From Myxococcota bacterium (GTDB taxonomy: Bacteria > Myxococcota_A > UBA9160 > UBA4427): 64,000 bases of DNA. Position 1 is the stretch's first letter, and each line of letters opens with the position of its first letter. The position numbers were made by a program, and so were the translations under genes. The stretch covers positions 1,147 to 65,146 of the forward strand of contig JAQWRT010000033.1 in assembly GCA_029243605.1 (NCBI GenBank). The letters are read 5' to 3'. Of this stretch, positions 18,200-28,648 are shown piece after piece. Under the pieces are notes generated by a model, which saw only the letters and a program-made list of their open reading frames with translations, ran no database searches and was not told where the DNA came from.

Positions 18200-18919
18200 A
18201 TGAGCAAAAATTCGTCGCATTCCGAACTCGGCCCGCCCTCGGCCCTTGAGCGCCGGGTGAGCACGTGGAGGCGTACTTTGGGTATCGTGCTCGCGCTTTG
18301 CTCGATCGCCTACGGGTGGGCGGTGATCACGGCGCCCATCGATAGCATGCAGGGCATCATCCAGAAGATCCTCTACGTCCACCCGCCCCTGGCGTACGGC
18401 GCCTACCTCGGTTTCGTCATCACCGGCATCGCGGGCATGATCTTTCTCGGGCGTGGAAGGGAGGACATGGATCGCCTCGCCATCGCGAGCGCCGAGGTCG
18501 GAGTCATCTTCTGCACCCTAATGCTCATCACCGGGCCGATCTGGGCTCGCGGAACCTGGGGGGTTTGGTGGTCATGGGACGCCCGACTCACGGTGACTCT
18601 CCTGCTCTGGTTCGTTTATCTCGCCTATCTACTGCTCCGCAGTTTCAGCGGACCGAGCCCGCGGACCGCGCGCTTCGCGGCGATCTACGGAGTCCTGGGC
18701 CTCGTCCTGATTCCCCTCAACTACTACGTGATCGAAATCTTTGGCAGCCGGAGCATGCACCCGGAAAACCTCCAGGGAGGTAGCCTGGGCGACGGTATGG
18801 GGCTGCCCTTCCTGCTCGGCAATATCACCTTGGGCCTGGCCTTCCTCTACTTGGTCTTCCTGCGCTGGGAGGTCGAAAGCCAGCGCACCGCAGCGGGCGA
18901 AGGAAGTTCGGCTCGCTGA
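18200..18919 (+). CDS. ccmC: Heme exporter protein C
   Basis: KILYVHPP, WARGTWGVWWSWDARLT (WWD domain), MHP; GGAGG RBS. Confidence 0.95.
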   Translation: MSKNSSHSELGPPSALERRVSTWRRTLGIVLALCSIAYGWAVITAPIDSMQGIIQKILYVHPPLAYGAYLGFVITGIAGMIFLGRGREDMDRLAIASAEVGVIFCTLMLITGPIWARGTWGVWWSWDARLTVTLLLWFVYLAYLLLRSFSGPSPRTARFAAIYGVLGLVLIPLNYYVIEIFGSRSMHPENLQGGSLGDGMGLPFLLGNITLGLAFLYLVFLRWEVESQRTAAGEGSSAR

Positions 18920-19020
18920 GCCCCCCGCGGGCCGCGCCGATTGGACCCGCCTGGCCCGGGTCTTGGCACCCCGGCCCGACACCGAAAGAACACAACCAGC
19001 ACACGAAGGAGAGCCCGAGC

Positions 19021-19119
19021 ATGAGCTACCTGATCGCCGCCTACGCCGTGACCGTGGGGACCCTCGTCGCGTACGGAATTTCCCTCAGCCGGGAGCGAAG
19101 CCGGCGAGGTCGGCCCTGA
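19021..19119 (+). CDS. ccmD: Putative heme exporter protein D (32 aa, below ORF-track cutoff)
   Basis: MSYLIAAYAVTVGTLVAYGISLSRERSRRGRP*; YxxxAY, TM and basic tail; downstream of ccmC; GAAGGA RBS. Confidence 0.75.
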   Translation: MSYLIAAYAVTVGTLVAYGISLSRERSRRGRP

Positions 19120-19161
19120 AGCGCCCCCACCCGCCGGAAGGCGAGGGGGAATCGATTCTAG

Positions 19162-19191
19162 TTGACAGTCGCCCCTCGCAGGCGGTATGAC
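19162..19191 (+). promoter_or_regulatory. Putative sigma70 promoter
   Basis: TTGACA-N18-TATGAC. Confidence 0.4.
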
Positions 19192-19205
19192 TTCTTTGAG
19201 CACCT

Positions 19206-19406
19206 TCATGGTTCAAGGCTGGAAATAGTCCGCCCGAGCCGAAGCTGCTTCATCATCCAACGCTTTCGATTCCAAAATAGGCTGAATTCGCGAACGACGG
19301 CTGCGACTTCGTCGCTGAGTTGCATCCAGCGCGCGTAAGGTGCCTGGGACGTCCCCGACAAATCCTGCGGGGTCGGCCGGCTGGGAGTGGAAGGCAATTC
19401 GTTCAA
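19206..19406 (-). CDS. Possible small hypothetical protein (66 aa)
   Basis: Protein-like helix YARWMQLSDEVAAVVREFSLFWNRKRWMMKQLR; TTG start, weak RBS. Confidence 0.4.
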   Translation of the reverse strand: MNELPSTPSRPTPQDLSGTSQAPYARWMQLSDEVAAVVREFSLFWNRKRWMMKQLRLGRTISSLEP

Positions 19407-19773
19407 TCAGGCAATACGGCCCCCGAGGGCCAACCCCAGAAACCTTCAAACTTTTTCCGACTCATGCAGGGAGGCGGCACCCGGGCGAGCCAAGCGCCTG
19501 AACGGACTCGACATTTTTCCTTTCCCGAAGTTCTGGCCCACAACGCCAGAGGGATCAGAGAGGTCGGTACGCTTCTTGCTCTAGTTCTCCTGAAAGCCTC
19601 CTAGAAACCGGATGGACTCCCCAAAAGATCGGGGAAGCCGAAGTGCGAAGCCAAATCCATGTGCGGCCTCGTCAAAGCTCGGAGAGCTCGAGTATGTGTG
19701 TACTCGGGCACTTGGGCATCAGGAAGTGCCGGGAGAACGATTCCCCCGGTCAGGGAGGCGATCCGAAACCAGG

Positions 19774-20271
19774 ATGGCCAGTATGAAGCGCGGTGTAGGG
19801 TATTGCGAGAACACGGACTGCGAGGACTACGCCAAGGGCGTGTTCTTGCTCAACCACGGGGACACGTTTTACTGCCCCCGCTGCCGGCAACTCGGCAAGG
19901 TGGAGAAGGAGCGCGGGTTCTATACCGGGAACTCCGACATCTTCAAAGAAGTCCGCGTCGAATATAATTTTGATCCGATCAACGGGGTCTACCGTGAGAT
20001 CGGCATCGTTCGGGACGAGAGCCTGTGGGGACGCAACAATGTCTACACCCTCCAGTCGCCCCTGATCAAAACCGAAAAGCGTGCGCTCAAGGTCGCCGAG
20101 GCGATTCTCGCGAACCTGAACCGCTACCGAGGCCTGCTCAACGGCGATGAGATCCCGCGCACGACGGAGATCACCCTCTCCTTCGACGACCCCTTCGACG
20201 AGTTTTCGCGTAAGCTCGACCAACTCTCCAAGGAATGGGAAGCGAGCGGGCTGCGCGAACAGCGCGGCTAG
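19774..20271 (+). CDS. Hypothetical protein with N-terminal Zn-finger (CxxxxC...CxxC)
   Basis: GYCENTDC...FYCPRC; strongly GC3-biased codons; GGAGG upstream; followed by terminator. Confidence 0.85.
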   Translation: MASMKRGVGYCENTDCEDYAKGVFLLNHGDTFYCPRCRQLGKVEKERGFYTGNSDIFKEVRVEYNFDPINGVYREIGIVRDESLWGRNNVYTLQSPLIKTEKRALKVAEAILANLNRYRGLLNGDEIPRTTEITLSFDDPFDEFSRKLDQLSKEWEASGLREQRG

Positions 20272-20370
20272 TAGCGCTCGCCGCTTTCGTCCCACCCGTC
20301 TTTTCGCGACTTTTCGCGAAGTAGCGAGAGGTGGCGAGATCCCACACACACGGCCCCATCGAGGGCGTAC

Positions 20371-20413
20371 AGAAAAGCCCCCGCCCCTCTCTCGAGGCGC
20401 GGGGGCTTTCTTC
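20371..20413. terminator. Bidirectional intrinsic terminator
   Basis: AGAAAAGCCCCCGC...GCGGGGGCTTTCTT between convergent genes. Confidence 0.8.
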
Positions 20414-20422
20414 GTGGGCCCC

Positions 20423-21910
20423 TCAACTCGACATCTCGGAGCCCAGACGCGCGGCGTCGGCGTTCTCGATGAGTCGACGATAGAAACGAACCCCATCCGC
20501 GATACCCGCAACGGGGATTCGCTCGTTGCTGCCATGCGCCCGGCGCAGGCCATCGGATTCGAGTTCGATGGGAAGAAAACGGTAGACGCAATCGCATAGG
20601 TCGCGGAAATAACGCGAATCCGTCCCGCCCAGAAGCAGGTAGGGCGCGATCACACTCCCCGGAAAAACCTCGTGGACCGTCCGAGACAAGGTCCGCCAAG
20701 CCTCGGAATCCATGCTCGAACTCGGCGAAGCCTCCCTCGGCGGCTTGAGCACCGAGATGTCAATGCGGTCGTCAGAAACGATCCGACGCACCTCAGCGAG
20801 CACCGAGTCGCCACTATCTCCCGGCAGAAGACGAAAATTGACCGTCGCCTGAGCGCGAGCGGGCAGCACGTTTTCCTTAAGCCCCGCATGGAAGATCGTC
20901 GGCGCCGTCGTGGTTCGCGTCATGGCCGCCATCATGGGTGAGGTGTCCAAAAAAGCCAGAAGCAGGGGTTCAAAGAGCCAGAGATTGCCGTAGAGGATCC
21001 GCATGCTGAACGGGCTCGCCGGTCCCACGCCCTGCTCGAAGAAAGCCCGACTGGCCCCTTCGAAACGCATGGGGAAACGCTGCTCCTCGAGCTTCACGAT
21101 GGCGGCCGAAAGAATCCCGATGGCGCTCTGGTCAGGCGGGGCCGAAGAATGCCCGCCCATCCCGTCGACTTCGAGGACAAAGCTCACGAATCCTTTCTCG
21201 GCGACGCCGACGATAGCCACGGGCGCGTCCACCCCCGGCACCAGACCTCGAACCATGGCCCCGCCCTCGTCTACCACGAGGCCAACCGGCCACTCCCGCT
21301 CGTCGAAGAGCTTCGCGATCTGAACCGCTCCTTGGCCCCCACCCACCTCCTCGTCATGGCCCAGGGAGAGGTAGAGCGTGCGGCGAGGTTCGAAGCCTTC
21401 GGCCAGAAGCATCTCGGTCGCTTCGAGGATGGCGAAGAGGCCGAACTTATCGTCGAGACTGCCCCGCCCCCAGACGAAGCCGTCGGCCACATCCGCTGCG
21501 TAGGGCGGGTGGAGCCAATCGGCTTCGCTGCCCTTGTCCACGGGGACCACGTCCTGGTGGGCCAATAAAACCGTTCCCGCAAGGCTCGGGTCGCTGCCCA
21601 ACCAGCGAAAAAGAAGGCTATGGCCGGAAATCATTTCAAGATCCAGATGCTCGTGAACCCCGGGGTACTGAGCGGCCAGATAGGCCCGGAAAGTCGCAAA
21701 GGCCGCCTCGTCCATCCCCAAACCGGGTTGCCGCGAGACCGTGGGAATCCGCAATCCCCCCCTCAAACGCTCGAGGACCGCGTCCGAATCCACAGCCACG
21801 CGCTCGACGGCCGGGATCACCGCCGAGGCGGACCCCAGGTTCCAGGCCCGCAGACCCAAAACCATGCAGAGCACCAAAAGGATCGCCCCGACCCACTTCC
21901 ACATACTCAC
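20423..21910 (-). CDS. M20 family metallopeptidase/amidohydrolase (PM20D1/CPS1-like)
   Basis: AHQDVVP, GRGSLDDK, HDEEVGG, VDEGG, GGHSS, GGTDSR, AHGSNE. Confidence 0.92.
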   Translation of the reverse strand: MSMWKWVGAILLVLCMVLGLRAWNLGSASAVIPAVERVAVDSDAVLERLRGGLRIPTVSRQPGLGMDEAAFATFRAYLAAQYPGVHEHLDLEMISGHSLLFRWLGSDPSLAGTVLLAHQDVVPVDKGSEADWLHPPYAADVADGFVWGRGSLDDKFGLFAILEATEMLLAEGFEPRRTLYLSLGHDEEVGGGQGAVQIAKLFDEREWPVGLVVDEGGAMVRGLVPGVDAPVAIVGVAEKGFVSFVLEVDGMGGHSSAPPDQSAIGILSAAIVKLEEQRFPMRFEGASRAFFEQGVGPASPFSMRILYGNLWLFEPLLLAFLDTSPMMAAMTRTTTAPTIFHAGLKENVLPARAQATVNFRLLPGDSGDSVLAEVRRIVSDDRIDISVLKPPREASPSSSMDSEAWRTLSRTVHEVFPGSVIAPYLLLGGTDSRYFRDLCDCVYRFLPIELESDGLRRAHGSNERIPVAGIADGVRFYRRLIENADAARLGSEMSS

Positions 21911-22003
21911 CTCCCGATCGCCCGATGGGGGCGCATATCGCTGCTTGACTCTACACCACGGCCCAGGAAAAACGGCGAGTCCACCGACTCGAGGGCACGG
22001 GCT

Positions 22004-22570
22004 TTAGCGGCCTCGCTTCGGGTCCCAACGCATCTGGAGATCGATGGCGATGGCCCCCAGGATCGCCGACGCCCCCTGGCGCTCGGTCCGAGCAAAGGGA
22101 CGCTTTCGGTTCTGAGCGGCATCCTCCAGAGGTTGGCGATACCAGGGCAGAAGAGTCTCCGGAAGCCCTGCCAGGGGCCACCACTCCACCCAAGGCGTCT
22201 CGCGACTCGTGCGCAAATCCCCCGCGACCACTCGACACCGGTAGATCCGCGCCGTGTGGGGTCGAAAGCCGGTTCGCGTGTAGTCGCCCACATGGCCTTC
22301 GACCTCGACCTGAAAGCCGGTCTCCTCCTCGACCTCTCTGGCCAGGGCCTGCTCGGGGCTTTCGTCGAGTTCGAGGCCACCCCCCGGCAACTCCCAACCC
22401 CGGATATCCGAACGCACCGAGAGCAGGACCTCTTCCTCCCCGGGCCGGGTTACGACCCCTTGAACCACGGTCAGGGGTTCCGTCTCGGCAAGGCGCGGCG
22501 AAACGAGCCCCCACCAAGCCGTCCGAAAATAGGTTCGGGGGATTCTCGACAGGGAATCGAGGCGCTTCAC
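22004..22570 (-). CDS. NUDIX hydrolase
   Basis: Nudix box WELPGGGLELDESPEQALAREVEEETG. Confidence 0.9.
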   Translation of the reverse strand: MKRLDSLSRIPRTYFRTAWWGLVSPRLAETEPLTVVQGVVTRPGEEEVLLSVRSDIRGWELPGGGLELDESPEQALAREVEEETGFQVEVEGHVGDYTRTGFRPHTARIYRCRVVAGDLRTSRETPWVEWWPLAGLPETLLPWYRQPLEDAAQNRKRPFARTERQGASAILGAIAIDLQMRWDPKRGR

Positions 22571-22572
22571 GT

Positions 22573-23451
22573 TCAGTCGATGATCTTGTTAACCGGGGTT
22601 TCGACGATCACCCGGGCGCCGGCCTCGGAAAGTTTCGGGATCAACTCCCTGACCTTCTCTTCCTCGATGATCACGAACACATCGACCCAGTTCTCATCGG
22701 AAAGCGGAGAGAGAGTGGGGGCGGTGTCGGGAAGCAGGCCAAGGATCTTCTCCAGGGCTTCCCGGGGCACGTTCATCGAGAGTCCAACCCGAGTCGCCGC
22801 TGCGATGGCGGCGGTCAGGAGCATCAACATTCGATCCATTTTTCCGCGTTTCCACCCGTCGGCCGCAGCCTCCCGGTTGGCGACGAAGCGCGGAGTACTC
22901 TCGAGCAGGGTGTCGAGCACCTTCAGATTATTGGCCTTGAGGCTCGAACCGGTTTCGGTGACGTCGACGATCGCGTCCGCCAGCACGGGGGGCTTCACCT
23001 CGGTCGCTCCCCATGAAAATTCCAATTGGGCCTCGACGCCCTGATCCGCGAAATAGCGCTGGGTCAACCCCATCACCTCGGTCGCTATCCGTTTGCCGGC
23101 CAAGTCGCCCGGGGACACAAAAGGAGAGCCGTTCTTCACCGCCAGAATCCAGCGCACCGCCCCATAATTGGGCCAAGGCGCGCGAAGGTCGGCCAATTCC
23201 TCGACCTGGGCGCCGCTTTCGATGACCCAATCGAGACCTGTAATTCCACAATCCATGACGCCCTGCTCGATATAACGCGCCATCTCCTGGGGCCGGATCA
23301 GGATGCATTCGATCTCGGGATCATTGATCGAGGGGTAATAAGAGCGAGAAGCCACCCTAATATCGAAGCCCGCCTTGGCGAAGAGTTCGAGGGTCGTCTT
23401 CTGGAGGCTGCCCTTGGGCAGGGCAAGGCGTAATTTTCTGTCTTCGCTCAT
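22573..23451 (-). CDS. hisG: ATP phosphoribosyltransferase (long form)
   Basis: [33 protein letters not shown]. Confidence 0.96.
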   Translation of the reverse strand: MSEDRKLRLALPKGSLQKTTLELFAKAGFDIRVASRSYYPSINDPEIECILIRPQEMARYIEQGVMDCGITGLDWVIESGAQVEELADLRAPWPNYGAVRWILAVKNGSPFVSPGDLAGKRIATEVMGLTQRYFADQGVEAQLEFSWGATEVKPPVLADAIVDVTETGSSLKANNLKVLDTLLESTPRFVANREAAADGWKRGKMDRMLMLLTAAIAAATRVGLSMNVPREALEKILGLLPDTAPTLSPLSDENWVDVFVIIEEEKVRELIPKLSEAGARVIVETPVNKIID

Positions 23452-23834
23452 TTTGCGTAGACCTTCTCTGGGTCGAAAACCTGGACGCCGACATCCGTCA
23501 CCGTGCCGCCTTCGATCTTTCGAAAGAAGCAGCTTCGCTTCCCCGTGTGGCAGGCTGCATCGCCCACCTGCTGCACCTTCATCAACACGACGTCTCCATC
23601 ACAGTCGATATAGAGAGACTCGACGCGCTGGACATTTCCGCTTTCTTCGCCCTTGTGCCACAGCTTCTTCCGGCTTCGGCTCCAGTAGACGGCCTCACCG
23701 CCGGTCACGGTGCGCCGAAAAGATTCCTCGTTCATGTTCGCGACCATGAGGATCTCGCCCGTCACCGTATCTTGGGCGATGGCCGTCACGAGTCCGCCCG
23801 ATTTGGAGAAATCCAGTAGGTCTGTGGGGTCCAT
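23448..23834 (-). CDS. hisI: Phosphoribosyl-AMP cyclohydrolase
   Basis: [30 protein letters not shown]. Confidence 0.96.
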   Translation of the reverse strand: MDPTDLLDFSKSGGLVTAIAQDTVTGEILMVANMNEESFRRTVTGGEAVYWSRSRKKLWHKGEESGNVQRVESLYIDCDGDVVLMKVQQVGDAACHTGKRSCFFRKIEGGTVTDVGVQVFDPEKVYAK

Positions 23835-23921
23835 GGAGCTCAGTTCCTCTTCGAGGCTCCCCGGAAGCGGCCATACGCGCAAATATTCGGGCGGCCGGCC
23901 CGGGAGCGTGAGGCGCAGACC

Positions 23922-26636
23922 CTACCGACCCGCCGCCAAGCGCGCCAGAAGTTCATGGAGATCCCCGAGCGAGTTCCACGCCTCCCCGGGGGCGTATTCG
24001 ACCTTGGAAGCCCCCGGCTTCTCGTCCTTGCGAACCAGTCCACCCCGAGCAATCAGGAGCTCTATGGCATTCGCGAACCCCGCCTCGTTGGCCGCCTCGG
24101 GATGTCCGGAGAGGCCCAGACGGTAGGCGTTCTCGAGCAACGAGGAGCCCCGCTCGACGACTTCGTCTCGGCTGATCTCGCCCCCGGCATCGATGACCAC
24201 CCGACAGGTCGCTTCGTAGCACTCGACGACACCCCGGGTCTGCAGGTCGAGGCACGTCAGAATACCCTCGCCTCCAGGTGTCACCCGGACTGTCTGGCCT
24301 CCCTGCTCGATCCAGCCCGAGGCTTCAAAAAAGTGCATCCAGCGGACCACCGCCGCTTCCCCGGCTTCCTCACTCGGCGTGAAATACTCGCGATAGAGGA
24401 GTTCGCGCCAGAGAAGAACGTCTTCGAATAGATCCTTGGACGTTGCTCCCGCCCGGAGGGAACGAGCGATAATGCTCGGAACCCCCAGGTAGTGGACGAT
24501 CGAATTTCGGTAGATATCCAGCGCGCGGCGTTTGCTCGGCTCGAAATAGATAATCTCGCCCTTCGAATCCGGGGCGGACTTGACCAGATCGCTTCGAATC
24601 ATGAAAGCAATCGACTCTTCAAAACTACCCTGATCCGCCCTCAGCGCCGTAGTGATTCCCGCGTGCCCAAGCTGCAGTAGATCTACGAGTTGTTGCATGC
24701 GAACGACCAACTCCGACCGCAAAAGCCCGGTGTGCGCGGTCCCCATCAGGGCCGCCGAAGCAACGGATGTCGCATTGACGGTTACCGACCAGTTGATTCG
24801 CTCGACCAAACGGTGGCCAAGGTCTTCGATGAACCCACGCTTTTCTTCCTCGATCCGCTCGACGGTCTCCTCGAGAAGCGCCGCCTCGCCGCGAGCCGAC
24901 ATCTCTGCTGGCAGCTCGCCGCGAACCAGGCTTTCGAACTCCTGGCGTTGATCGCCAAGCGCGTCGGCGAGAGAAATTGGCTCGCCGAAATTCACGTGGA
25001 CCGATCCGAATCTCTTCTTCAAGTATTTCCGGGCACGGAAGAGCGCGAGGGTGCTCTCCTTAGATTTCTTGCCCCCCTCCAATTCGTCGACCATGCCGCC
25101 CTCTTCCACCAGGCGCTCGTAGGTCAAGGCTATGGGAACGAAAAAGAGATCTCTCCGTGAACACTCGAGAAAGGCATCCAGATCCCAACTGAGCATTCCG
25201 AGCCGGGGCTTCATGGTCTTGCCTGTACGCGAGCGCCCGCCCTCGATAAAGAACTCCTGGGTAAATCCCTCGCGTACGAGGTAGGCCACATAGGCCCGGA
25301 AGACCTGCTTGTAGAGCGGGTCTTCGAAGGAACGGCGCAGGTAAAAGGCGCCTGCCATCCTGAAGATCAGCCCGAAGGGGCCAAAGGCCATATTGTCCCG
25401 AGCCGCGATATGGGGCGGCACGAGATAACTGTTGTAGAAGAGCAACGAAACGATCAGGAAATCGAAATACGACCGATGATTGGGAACCAGCACCAGGGGG
25501 TGACGTTTTGCATAGTCGGCCACCTTGTCGAGGCCCCGGGTTTCGACACTCGAGAAGAGTCGCCGGATCAGGGCGCCGACCACGAGGGACAGGGCCGCCA
25601 AAAGAGTGGAATTCATCCGGGCGGCGATTTCTCGATACGCCTTGGCCACATCCTTTTCGGCTTTCTCTACCGAACCGCGTTTTTCCGAGGCGCGCTCGCG
25701 AATCGCAGCCTGGACACCCTTGTCGGCCATGATGTCGCCAAGCACCCGCTGGGCCGAGCGAAGGGTCGGCCCTTCTACGACTTTTTCTGCGCGATAGAGA
25801 TAGATCAGGATCGAGCGACGAACCGTTCGTGCCACGCGATCCTGACCATCGTCGCGATGCTCCGCAACATAATGAGCCAGGTCGATCGGTTCACCGATCT
25901 TCACCGAAAGGCTTCGGTAGGTCAGGAGAAAGGAAGCCACCTTGGCCAGATCAGATGGCCTGGAAAGCGACCCGTAATCGAGATTCAGAAAACGGTTGCC
26001 CGTTCTCGGCCCCTTCCGCCAAAAGAGCGAGAGGGGAACGACATAGACCTCTTTCCCGCCGTTCCGGACTTCGCGAACGACCTCTTGAATCAGATCGAAC
26101 TCGTCCTGACGATGGCGAAGGTTCCAGAGACCACGCCAGAAGGTTTGAAGCCTCTGGGTTCGGAGAAAGAGAAAGAGGGAAGCGTCTCCCTGGGAGAGTT
26201 GGCGAACCTTATGCTGATCCTCTTCGTGCTCCACGGCTCGAGATCGTCCGCGTTTGCGGCTCAAGAGCGAACGAATAATTTCGAGGACTGGGCGATAAAT
26301 CGTAAAATAGATGCCGTTGGCAAAACTCGAGAGCCTCAGACCCTCGCGCAAGAAAAGAGTGTTAAAGAGGAGGTAGTCGAGGCGGCTCGAGTAACGCATG
26401 ACGTAGACGATCGAACCGCGCTTCTCGAGCTCACGTAGACGTCCCGAGGCTTCGTCGCCCAGGTCAAAATGACGCAAGTAGCGCTTGGCAAACCAGCGGA
26501 AGAAGAAGTTAAAGCGAGGCGTCATGGCCGAATAGGGATCGGCCAGCGGAGAGAGCCCTGGGGTCTGTGCCTCGGCCGAGAAAGCCCCCGACGGAGAGGC
26601 AGTCTCGGCTACCCGGTCGTGGTTTTCTTCAGTCAT
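23922..26636 (-). CDS. plsB: Glycerol-3-phosphate acyltransferase PlsB-like
   Basis: NHRSYFD, GAFYLRRSF, FFIEGGRSRTGK. Confidence 0.85.
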   Translation of the reverse strand: MTEENHDRVAETASPSGAFSAEAQTPGLSPLADPYSAMTPRFNFFFRWFAKRYLRHFDLGDEASGRLRELEKRGSIVYVMRYSSRLDYLLFNTLFLREGLRLSSFANGIYFTIYRPVLEIIRSLLSRKRGRSRAVEHEEDQHKVRQLSQGDASLFLFLRTQRLQTFWRGLWNLRHRQDEFDLIQEVVREVRNGGKEVYVVPLSLFWRKGPRTGNRFLNLDYGSLSRPSDLAKVASFLLTYRSLSVKIGEPIDLAHYVAEHRDDGQDRVARTVRRSILIYLYRAEKVVEGPTLRSAQRVLGDIMADKGVQAAIRERASEKRGSVEKAEKDVAKAYREIAARMNSTLLAALSLVVGALIRRLFSSVETRGLDKVADYAKRHPLVLVPNHRSYFDFLIVSLLFYNSYLVPPHIAARDNMAFGPFGLIFRMAGAFYLRRSFEDPLYKQVFRAYVAYLVREGFTQEFFIEGGRSRTGKTMKPRLGMLSWDLDAFLECSRRDLFFVPIALTYERLVEEGGMVDELEGGKKSKESTLALFRARKYLKKRFGSVHVNFGEPISLADALGDQRQEFESLVRGELPAEMSARGEAALLEETVERIEEEKRGFIEDLGHRLVERINWSVTVNATSVASAALMGTAHTGLLRSELVVRMQQLVDLLQLGHAGITTALRADQGSFEESIAFMIRSDLVKSAPDSKGEIIYFEPSKRRALDIYRNSIVHYLGVPSIIARSLRAGATSKDLFEDVLLWRELLYREYFTPSEEAGEAAVVRWMHFFEASGWIEQGGQTVRVTPGGEGILTCLDLQTRGVVECYEATCRVVIDAGGEISRDEVVERGSSLLENAYRLGLSGHPEAANEAGFANAIELLIARGGLVRKDEKPGASKVEYAPGEAWNSLGDLHELLARLAAGR

Positions 26637-26773
26637 GAGTACCGATGTGTACCATGCGCCCTCCCGGGCAGCAACGCGGGTGGCGAAACGCCCCGATCGG
26701 CAAAAGCCGCTTTTCGCAGCAACAATCAGGCGCGGCGGTCCCGCCGGCCCTCACGCAGAACTTGCACGTACGA

Positions 26774-27640
26774 TCAGGTTTCGGACATCAGAATTTCACC
26801 CGGCTTCATGGCCTCAGCGACTTCCTCGGGTGTCCACATTCCGCCCTCTTCCTTTTTGGTAATCCCCCGGGTGGTGACCACCTTCATTTCGGCGATCCGA
26901 CCGCCTCCGCAGAAGAACGTATTGCCAGTCATGTCCTTGGACAGGTCGCTCGCGAGGAAAGTCAGCAGGGGCGAGATCAACTCCGGTGCCATTTTCTCTT
27001 TCATGGCGTCGGCATTGAACCCAGGCAAGTCCTCAGTCAGTCGCGTCAACGCGGCGGGAGCCAGGATAAAACAGCGGATTCCATACTTTTTACCCTCGAT
27101 CGCCAAGCAACGGGTAAATCCTGCGATGCCCGCCTTGGCCGCGCCGTAATTGCACTGACCGAAATTTCCGTTCAAGCCCGAGGTCGAAGAGGTATTGATC
27201 ACCACGCCACCACTGCCGCTCTCTTTCATGTGATTGAAGATCGGGCGAGTCACGCAATAGGTGCCCTTCAGGTGAACCGCGATAACGGGATCCCAAAGTT
27301 CCTCGGTGGTGTTGGAGAACGACTTGTCACGCAAAATGCCCGCGTTATTGATCACGCAATCCACCCTGCCAAATGCATCAAGAGCCGTCTTCAGGATACC
27401 TTCGCCCCCCTCTACGCTCGCAACGTTGTCGTAGTTGGCCACGCCCTCGGCGCCGAGTGCCTTCACCTCGTCCACCACCAGGTCCGCCATGGCGCTCCCG
27501 CCACCCGTTCCATCCCGAGCACCGCCGAGATCGTTGACAACAATTGCCGCGCCTTCCTTGGCCATGGCAAGCGCATATTCCCGGCCAATCCCACCACCGG
27601 CTCCCGTAATCACCACGACTTTCCCGTCGAGCAGACCCAT
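26774..27640 (-). CDS. SDR oxidoreductase (MFE-2-type hydroxyacyl-CoA dehydrogenase-like)
   Basis: TGAGGGIG, VVNDLG, NNAGILRD, GNFGQCNYGAAK. Confidence 0.92.
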   Translation of the reverse strand: MGLLDGKVVVITGAGGGIGREYALAMAKEGAAIVVNDLGGARDGTGGGSAMADLVVDEVKALGAEGVANYDNVASVEGGEGILKTALDAFGRVDCVINNAGILRDKSFSNTTEELWDPVIAVHLKGTYCVTRPIFNHMKESGSGGVVINTSSTSGLNGNFGQCNYGAAKAGIAGFTRCLAIEGKKYGIRCFILAPAALTRLTEDLPGFNADAMKEKMAPELISPLLTFLASDLSKDMTGNTFFCGGGRIAEMKVVTTRGITKKEEGGMWTPEEVAEAMKPGEILMSET

Positions 27641-27781
27641 TGCAAATACTCCTTTGAGGCTCGATCAACCGGAAGCAGGGCTCTCTACTGCGTCGGTTCC
27701 AAGCCGAGGGAGAAGCTTAGCCAAGGCCCCACTCGGGCTTCAAGCCGGCTTCGGGCCCAGTCCGGACAGCCGGCGAAACGG

Positions 27782-28648
27782 CTAACGGAAGAGAATCGTG
27801 CGCAAGCGAGAGAGGGGCTTGAAGCCCAGGCCGCCGTAGAGGCCCAGGGCCGGTTGGTTCCCCTCGACCACAGCCAGTTGGACGTGCTCGGCTCCCGCCG
27901 CGACGGCCTCGCGCACCATTCCCTGCATCCCCGTGCGGCCGTGCCCCCGGCGGCGCTGCTCCGGCCAGGTGTAGACGCCCTGGATCAACCACCCCTCCGG
28001 GCGGCGCACATCGGCATAGCCGACAAAAACGGGCTGCCCTTCGACTTCGAGCAGCCTGGCTTGGTTCATTCGACTCTCCACCCAGCGGCGAAACCCGTGG
28101 GGGTCGCCTCGAAAGGGATCGGGACGATTCTCCTCGCGCAGACTCGAGCGCGCGGCGTAGACCAAATCCTCCAGATCCTCGGGCTTCGCTCGCCGAAGGC
28201 GGCCTCGGTCCTCGGTAGGGGGGCACGTTCGGGAAGAGTCCGAGGCCGCGAGCACGTAGGCCTCTTCGTAGCGATCGAGTACAGGGCACCGTCCCCGGGC
28301 TTGTAGCTCGTCCCAGACCGGGTCGACCACAGTCGCTTGGCTCTTGATCAACCCGCTATCCATGCTCGATAAAAATGGCATGACCGCCTTGAGCCCGGCT
28401 TCGCTGATCTCGGCCTCGAGCACCATGCAGGGGCGCAAGGAAGCGATCCCCAGAACCCCGGATTCCGAGCGAGCCACGACTGCCTCGGGAGAATCGAAAG
28501 CGCCCCCGGGCCAGGGCACACCCTCTCCGATCAGATCGAGCAGCAGGAGGTTGTGCCTAGGCTCTCGCCGAAGGCGGCGGACGACTTCCACCACCTCCCC
28601 CGGAGCCATTCGGCCCGCGCGAACCTCGGAGGAGCCCCCGAGCGTCAC
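27782..28648 (-). CDS. GNAT family acetyltransferase
   Basis: QGVYTWPEQRRRGHG, NQPALGLYGGLGF. Confidence 0.85.
   Translation of the reverse strand: MTLGGSSEVRAGRMAPGEVVEVVRRLRREPRHNLLLLDLIGEGVPWPGGAFDSPEAVVARSESGVLGIASLRPCMVLEAEISEAGLKAVMPFLSSMDSGLIKSQATVVDPVWDELQARGRCPVLDRYEEAYVLAASDSSRTCPPTEDRGRLRRAKPEDLEDLVYAARSSLREENRPDPFRGDPHGFRRWVESRMNQARLLEVEGQPVFVGYADVRRPEGWLIQGVYTWPEQRRRGHGRTGMQGMVREAVAAGAEHVQLAVVEGNQPALGLYGGLGFKPLSRLRTILFR

Noticed and set aside
19700-19770. SRP RNA (CCGGTCAGG, CAGGAAG)
   Set aside because: Lacks the TCAGG..GGAA..AGCAGC helix-8 arrangement
21620-28306. Long plus-strand ORFs (474 aa, 553 aa) opposite the his, NUDIX and SDR genes
   Set aside because: Antisense shadows with no recognisable motifs
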